The notes under the pieces are model-generated. The model was not told where the DNA came from, did not search any database, and saw nothing but the letters and a program-made list of their open reading frames with translations. From a bacterium (GTDB taxonomy: Bacteria; Patescibacteriota; Gracilibacteria; BD1-5; UBA6164), in assembly GCA_041642635.1 (NCBI GenBank), contig JBEPWB010000001.1:1-49198 (forward strand): a stretch of 49,198 nucleotides of DNA. The letters run 5' to 3'. This document shows, piece after piece, positions 44,134 to 49,198 of the stretch; position 1 is the first letter of the stretch, and each line of letters opens with the position of its first letter. The translations under genes were made by a program, and so were the position numbers.

Positions 44134-44262
44134 GAAAAGATGGGGTTTCAGGGGGTGAGACCGATAGTAGCCAGCTTTTAGTAAAGAAAAAATATAGCCA
44201 GCTGAAATTCGAACCCCCTGAGACTTTTGTTACTTTTGGTCACAAAAGTAAGGAGAGAAACT
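44134..44262. ncRNA. Copy B of the same element in inverted orientation
   Basis: The reverse complement reads TTACTTTT-gtgacc-AAAAGTAA, then a 9 bp stem TCAGGGGGT...ACCCCCTGA, then AACCCC. Stem differences relative to copy A are compensatory. Confidence 0.45.
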
Positions 44263-44356
44263 TTAATTATAAAAGTAAGAGACAGAATTCATATAAAAAG
44301 TAAATATAAAATATAATATAAAAAATTAAAACTAAAAATATAATTTTTCTATTTTT

Positions 44357-46006
44357 TTATAAAACAATATCCACCACCTTTAACATCAAATTTTTCTTTC
44401 CCATCCAAGAATCTTCGCTAATATCAAAAACAAGACTTGGTTTTGTTTTACTTCTTTTTATGGCTTCAAAATAATCTCACATAAAAAAAGCAAAAATTTT
44501 AAATCAATGTTTTGTCGTAAATCTTAGGTGATCTCTTCATTTTCAGATAAAATCTAGTTTGTCATAATCAAGATTTTCTACCATAAAAAGTGGTTTTTCA
44601 TTCCCTATTCAAAAAGGCTTGTATTTGTTAACTTCTTTTAAAAAATTAAAACCTAATTCTTCTAGTTTTATAACTTTATCAACTTTTATTTGTTTTTTAT
44701 GTTTTGAAAAATCTTTTTTGTTTAATTCATTAATTATTTTTGTCTTGAATTCCCCAAATTTTTCTTTTTTGATAGAAAAACCTGCAGCTTGTTGATGTCA
44801 TCCATAAGCGATAAAATAATCTTTGAATAAATCTAGACTTTCGATTATTGAGTGATATTCTGGACTTCTACAACTTGCAACTAATTTATCTCACTCATCT
44901 TTTAAACAAATACAAGGCTTGTAAAATTGTTCTGTAATTCTTCAAGCAACAATTCAAATTATTCAATGTTCAATAGCTGGAGAAATATAAAACAAAATAT
45001 TATCTTCTTTGTTTACTTTATTTAAAGCATCAAAGGAAAATTCTTTTGTTAAATATTTTCTCTCTTCGTTTAATTTTTCTATTTCACTAATAGTTCTATC
45101 AATTGTATTAGAATTATTTAGTATAAGATTTACAGCCTTGTAAGCGCTATCCATTCTACCAGCTGCATTTAACCTTGGTCAAATAGTAAAACCAAATAAA
45201 TCAGCGTCCAAGTCATCATTTATTTTGTCTTCTAATAATTTTCTGATTCAAAGACTTCTAGATTTTTTGATTTGCTTTAATCATTCCATAACTATAAGTC
45301 TGTTTTCTCAAGTCAACCTCATGCAGTCTGCAACAGTACCTATTGCAGCAATATCAACAGTTTCCCTAATATATTTTTTGGCTTCATCTTCTGAGAAAAA
45401 TTCATAACTCAAAGCTTGGATAAGCTTAAAAGCAACTCAAGCTCAGGCTAAATTTTTGTAAATATATTCACAATCAGGTCTTTTTGGGTTAATTACAGCA
45501 ATTGCTTCTTTTGGAATAACTTCTGGAACAGAATGATGATCTGTAATAATTATATCAATTCATAATTTTTTTGCATATTCTACAACTTCAACATCACGAG
45601 TTCAGCAATCAACTGTTACAATCAAATCAACTCAAAGCTCTTTTAATTCATCAATAAAATATTTTTTTAATCAGTATCAATCTTTGACTCTATGAGGAAT
45701 TCTATAACTTGCATGCATTCAAATTTTTTTGAAAAAATGCATCACAATTGAAGTACTCGTAACTCAATCAACATCATAATCACCAAAAATCATAACTTTT
45801 TCTTTTTTGGCGTGAGCTTGTTTTATTCTCTCAACTGCCTTATCCATATCAATTAATAAATATGGGTCATGCAAATCATCAAGACTCGATTCTGTAAAAA
45901 ATTCTCCAGAAGAAAATCTTGCAGAAATAATTTCATCAATTTTTTTATTTAAAGTAGCTTTATCAAATTTTACAAGATTTCATTTTACACTTAATTTTTC
46001 TAACAT
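44357..46006 (-). CDS. recJ: Single-stranded-DNA-specific exonuclease RecJ, 549 aa
   Basis: DHH motifs IFGDYDVDGVTS, TVDCG, IITDHH. DHHA1 GGHQQAAGFSI. IGPRLNAAGRM. Confidence 0.9.
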
Positions 46007-46050
46007 TCAAAATATATTAAATTTTACTAAAAATATTATATTTATTAATA

Positions 46051-46084
46051 AAAAAATAACTAATTTTTAATTAGTTATTTTTTT
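46051..46084. terminator. Hairpin terminator downstream of the EAL gene, overlapping its stop codon
   Basis: AAAAAATAACTAATT-ttt-AATTAGTTATTTTTT. Confidence 0.65.
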
Positions 46085-46883
46085 AAATTTGATGTATTTT
46101 TTGATCTCAAATAATATAATTTCATTGAAAATAATCAAATCATAAATTTTTTGCAAATTCAAAAATTTCTTCAGATTCAATATGTTCTGCAACTAATTTT
46201 ATATCTTTTGACTGCAAAAATTTTAAATAATTTTCAAAATCTAAATAATCTTGTAATGAAAAATTTCAAAACTCAAACTCATTATCTACATTTTCAAATA
46301 AAAATTTATGTGAATAAAACATTTTTCTCAAATAAGTTCAATCAATTTTTACAGTTGAAATTTTTATATTATTTTGTAACAAATAATCTATTCTATCTGA
46401 ATTTGAATATCAAGAATATAAATCATCAATTGAAAGACCAAAACCAATTCTTATTAGAATTTTTAATTTTAATAAGAATACATCTGAAAAATTATCTTCA
46501 ATAAAATTAGTTTCTAATAATTCAAAATTTATATTTTCAGGATTAATTTTATAAAAAAGTAATAATCAATCAATAAATATTAAAAAATCTTCTTCCATAA
46601 TATCATATACGTCTAAATTTATATTAACTTTTTCTCAAGTTTTTAGTGACTTTTCAAATGCTCAAAGTGAAATCCTCTTAAACAATCAAAATGTAGATTT
46701 TGTACTATTTAATTTTTCCAAAAAATCTAAATGATCTATTCATCAACACTCTAATCTAAAAAGTATTTCATTTGAAAAAAAATCCATATTTTTATCAACA
46801 ATAGGTTCAAACTTTGCATAAAAATTATTTCAGACATTATATTTTATTTGATCGTCTACCTCGTATTTTTCATTAATCCCCAA
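46083..46883 (-). CDS. Stand-alone EAL-domain protein (putative c-di-GMP phosphodiesterase), 266 aa
   Basis: FEPIVD, EILFRLE, ELLETNF, SIDDLYSGYS, KIDGTYL, VAEHIESEE, DYFQGNYI. Probable TTG start at 46883 (first start-type codon after the upstream TAA). Confidence 0.72.
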
Positions 46884-46972
46884 AACAAAATAATTAAATA
46901 ATAATACTAAACTATATTAAAACATAAAAATATTGTATTGTAAAATATTTTTTTGCAACTTTAAATAATTTT

Positions 46973-47000
46973 TTGACTTAAAATCATTTATATATATAAA
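46973..47000 (+). promoter_or_regulatory. Candidate promoter for the tRNA gene
   Basis: TTGACT-16 nt-TATAAA, ending 19 nt before the tRNA 5' end. Confidence 0.4.
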
Positions 47001-47018
47001 TTATAAGCATTGAATAAT

Positions 47019-47096
47019 GCACCCGTAGCTCAGTTGGAAGAGCGCCAGGCCGCGAACCTGGGTCTGCCGTGGGTTCGAGCCCTGCCGGGTGCACCA
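47019..47096 (+). tRNA. trnR: tRNA-Arg-like, anticodon GCG (loop CCGCGAA), CCA encoded
   Basis: Acceptor GCACCCG/CGGGTGC, D-arm GCTC-AGTTGGAA-GAGC, anticodon stem CCAGG/CCTGG, T-arm GTGGG-TTCGAGC-CCTGC. The backbone resembles bacterial tRNA-Arg(ACG). Position 33 is C and the variable loop is 7 nt. Confidence 0.75.
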
Positions 47097-47107
47097 TTTT
47101 TTACATA

Positions 47108-47139
47108 AAAAAGTAGAATTTTTTAAAATTCTACTTTTT
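47108..47139. terminator. Bidirectional terminator (tRNA / hisS)
   Basis: AAAAAGTAGAATTTT-tt-AAAATTCTACTTTTT. Confidence 0.75.
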
Positions 47140-47142
47140 GTT

Positions 47143-48417
47143 TTATTTGATTAACAAATCTCTCTCTGGAGAATAAAAATCTAAGTTTTCTTTACCTATT
47201 TTTTGTACAACATAGTCTATCAAATCTTCTTTTTTTATTTCCTCCTGTTTTCATTCTTCTTCATTTCTAACTTGAAAAACTCCGTTTCTAGCTTCCATGA
47301 CTCAAACAATAACTATAAATCTAGCTTTTGATCTTTGAGCTTTTAACATTTGCTCTTTTATAGAAGGCGTTCAAAGCGAAACAACAGTATTAATTCAAGC
47401 TTCTCTAGCTTTTAATGATAATGGTAAAACAACAGATTTTGCTTCGTCTCATAATTGAACGAAAAATAAATCTATTTTATCTTTATTTTTTATTTTTATT
47501 TCTTTTGCAATAAGCATATCAGCAATTACACAAGTATCAGTGTAAAATCATGCAGCGGGTATTTCCTTTGGTTCTCAAAGGTTTTTTGCTATTTGATTAT
47601 ACCTATATCACTTTGTAACAATTTCTCAAGTTTTAGATCTGATTTCCCAAAGATTATTTGTTTGAACTGAAGAATCTCAAACTAATGTTTTATCTTCTGA
47701 ATATGAAATTCATAACAAATCTAAATAGTCTTTGAATTTTTGATAATGTAATTTACTATCTTTTTTTAAAAATTTTGGCGCCATAGCTGGAGCACTTTGA
47801 TTCAATATAACTTCATCTTCATCCGAAGAATTAAAAATCATCATTGGATCAATATCTATTAAGTCTTGAGATTCTGGAGTTAATAAATGTCTCTTATTAT
47901 CATAAAAAGTAACTAGTTCTTCTCTATATTTTATTTTTTCTTTTTCTACTCAAATTGAGTTTATAACTATATCAAATTCTCAAGCTAATCATATTTTATG
48001 TAAAACTGTATAATTTAAATATATTTGAATAGCGTCCAATATCGGATCATTTTCTCAAATAATTTCTCATCAAATTGCTTGAACTGTTTTTATACCAGAT
48101 TTTGTTTTTTTGTGAATTTGCTCCATATAATAATAATATACAGGTTGAATTTCTTCTGAAATATTATTTTCTAAATAAGCTCTAAAAATTCATAAAGATG
48201 GATTTTGATTAATATCAAAATGATCATCTGACAAAATTGGCATATTAAAAAATCAAGATTTTTCAATTAAATCTTTATTTTCTAAAATTGGAGTAGATAT
48301 TCTTCTAAAACCATTTTTTCTAAATTCATGACGATATACTTTTTTTAAAAAAGTTAAGTACTTATGCTGATCAGGAAAAATATCAAATGTTCATTCAACC
48401 GGAGAGTATTGCGACAT
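47143..48417 (-). CDS. hisS: Histidine--tRNA ligase, 424 aa
   Basis: GTFDIFPDQ, class II motifs (FRAYLEN.., YYYYMEQIHKK, GYRYNQIAKNLG..IPAAGFY), C-terminal anticodon-binding domain. Confidence 0.85.
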
Positions 48418-48551
48418 AGTTTTTTATAAATTAAATTTGTAAATATTATAAGGTTCTTATTATAAAGTATTTTGGTAAAAAATAAAAATTTTTTTGTCTT
48501 TTCTTTATAATTTTTTATTATATCTAAAATAATAAATTTAACAACAATATA

Positions 48552-49139
48552 ATGCAACAAATTAATGAAAATATTTTGATATTTATGAATTCTCTTATGG
48601 ATTATAGTTTCGTAAAGTTTTTGGCAGTAACTTTTGCTGATTCACCAATATTTTTTCTGCCAATTTTTTTGGTTTTTATGTGGATTTTTTATACCTACAA
48701 ACAAAAAAATAATGAAAGAAAAAAAAATTTATTATTTATTTTTTATTCTTGTGTGATTTGATATATTATTAGTAATACAATAAAATTATTTGTAGATATA
48801 GATAGACCTGAGGAAGCTTTAAAGTGAATATGACAATTGGTTTTAGATCATATTCCTGATACTAGTTTTCCTTCTGATCATACAACAGTTTGAATAGCTT
48901 TTTTGGTAGCTTTATTTTTAGCTGGATACAAAAAAACTGGTTACGTTTTTTTAGTTCCAGCAATACTTATGGTAATTTCTAGAGTTGTAGTTTGAGTACA
49001 TTGGCCTTTTGATATTTTGGCTTGAACAATTATTTGAATTGTCTGAGCTTTTATAAGTTTCAAAATATTAAAAAAACAAGATTTTATGAATAAAATAAAT
49101 AATTTTATAATAAAAATGACTAGTTATATAAAACTCTAA
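48552..49139 (+). CDS. PAP2-family phosphatase (undecaprenyl-diphosphatase-like), 195 aa
   Basis: KLFVDIDRP, FPSDHT, SRVVVGVHWPFDIL acid-phosphatase motifs. Membrane helices. Confidence 0.8.
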
Positions 49140-49198
49140 ACTCCTTTACTTTTTAATAAAAAAATATAATATTAAAAAGATTAAAATTTAAAAATTTG

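Noticed and set aside
44107-44181. 24-codon ORF (MNFNLLLLLEKMGFQGVRPIVASF) starting in the AT-rich spacer and running into copy B, together with a similar-length frame in copy A.
   Set aside because: Copy A has no ATG/GTG/TTG start in the corresponding frame. The similarity of the two peptides simply reflects the nucleotide repeat.
44134-44262. tRNA-like or tmRNA-like gene, suggested by GGGGGTTCGAA / TTCGAACCCCC in the inverted-repeat element.
   Set aside because: There is no complementary T-stem strand, acceptor stem or anticodon arm. TTCGAA is palindromic and here lies at the edge of the insert closed by the 9 bp stem.
43923-44262. Retron msr/msd, or a transposon with terminal inverted repeats.
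   Set aside because: No reverse transcriptase, transposase or integrase gene lies inside or adjacent, since the neighbours are recX and recJ. I saw no flanking target-site duplication. A non-autonomous MITE cannot be excluded without genome-wide copy counts, and this is noted in the finding.
1-49198. UGA = Trp (table 4, Mycoplasma-like) as an alternative explanation for the TGA-interrupted genes.
   Set aside because: The TGAs align with invariant Gly (P-loop-adjacent FG, SAM motif GxGxG, ATP-grasp GGG, thioredoxin KDG), not with Trp. Trp positions use TGG (e.g. WAEWCGPC), and the tRNA-Trp present has anticodon CCA.

Overview
Very AT-rich 49.2 kb chromosomal window from a bacterium that reads UGA as glycine (translation table 25, Gracilibacteria/Absconditabacteria-type CPR/Patescibacteria). 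The supplied standard-code ORF track is fragmented for this reason: conserved genes are broken only at TGA, and those TGAs fall where homologs have invariant Gly. I re-translated by hand with TGA=Gly and only TAA/TAG as stops. This gives about 46 tightly packed CDS, one pilin pseudogene, 3 tRNAs (Trp-CCA, His-GTG and an odd Arg-GCG) and many A/T-flanked hairpin terminators shared by convergent genes.

Housekeeping content: two DEAD-box helicases, tsf, rpsB, rpsA, lepA, rsmA, trxA, nth, an ftsE-like gene, an rlmD-like gene, recX, recJ, hisS, Hsp20, YggS, YigZ, YgjP, a CPA1 antiporter, a Wzx-like flippase and PAP2.

Most interesting accessory content:
- A three-gene secreted/surface cluster (19029-24217) whose architecture mirrors the WxL/Csc cell-surface complex clusters of Firmicutes.
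- Two type IV pilin paralogs that share promoter, leader and N-terminal pilin module but carry different C-terminal adhesin-like domains (DUF285/BspA-like versus the Fibrobacter succinogenes major paralogous, or FISUMP, domain). One has a TAG at the invariant Glu5 codon and lies between tRNA-Trp and a copy of the tRNA 3' end.
- An orphan pilC.
- A GC-enriched ~340 bp inverted duplication of a structured ~120 nt element between recJ and recX, with compensatory changes in a 9 bp G/C stem.
- Two MATCAP/DUF1704-like metallopeptidase paralogs flanking lepA, next to an ATP-grasp ligase.
- A perfect Fur-family-like 7-1-7 palindrome filling the trxA promoter spacer.

No CRISPR array, rRNA, integrase or transposase was seen. 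All family calls rest on motif recognition by eye and no searches were run. Start codons may be off by a few codons.
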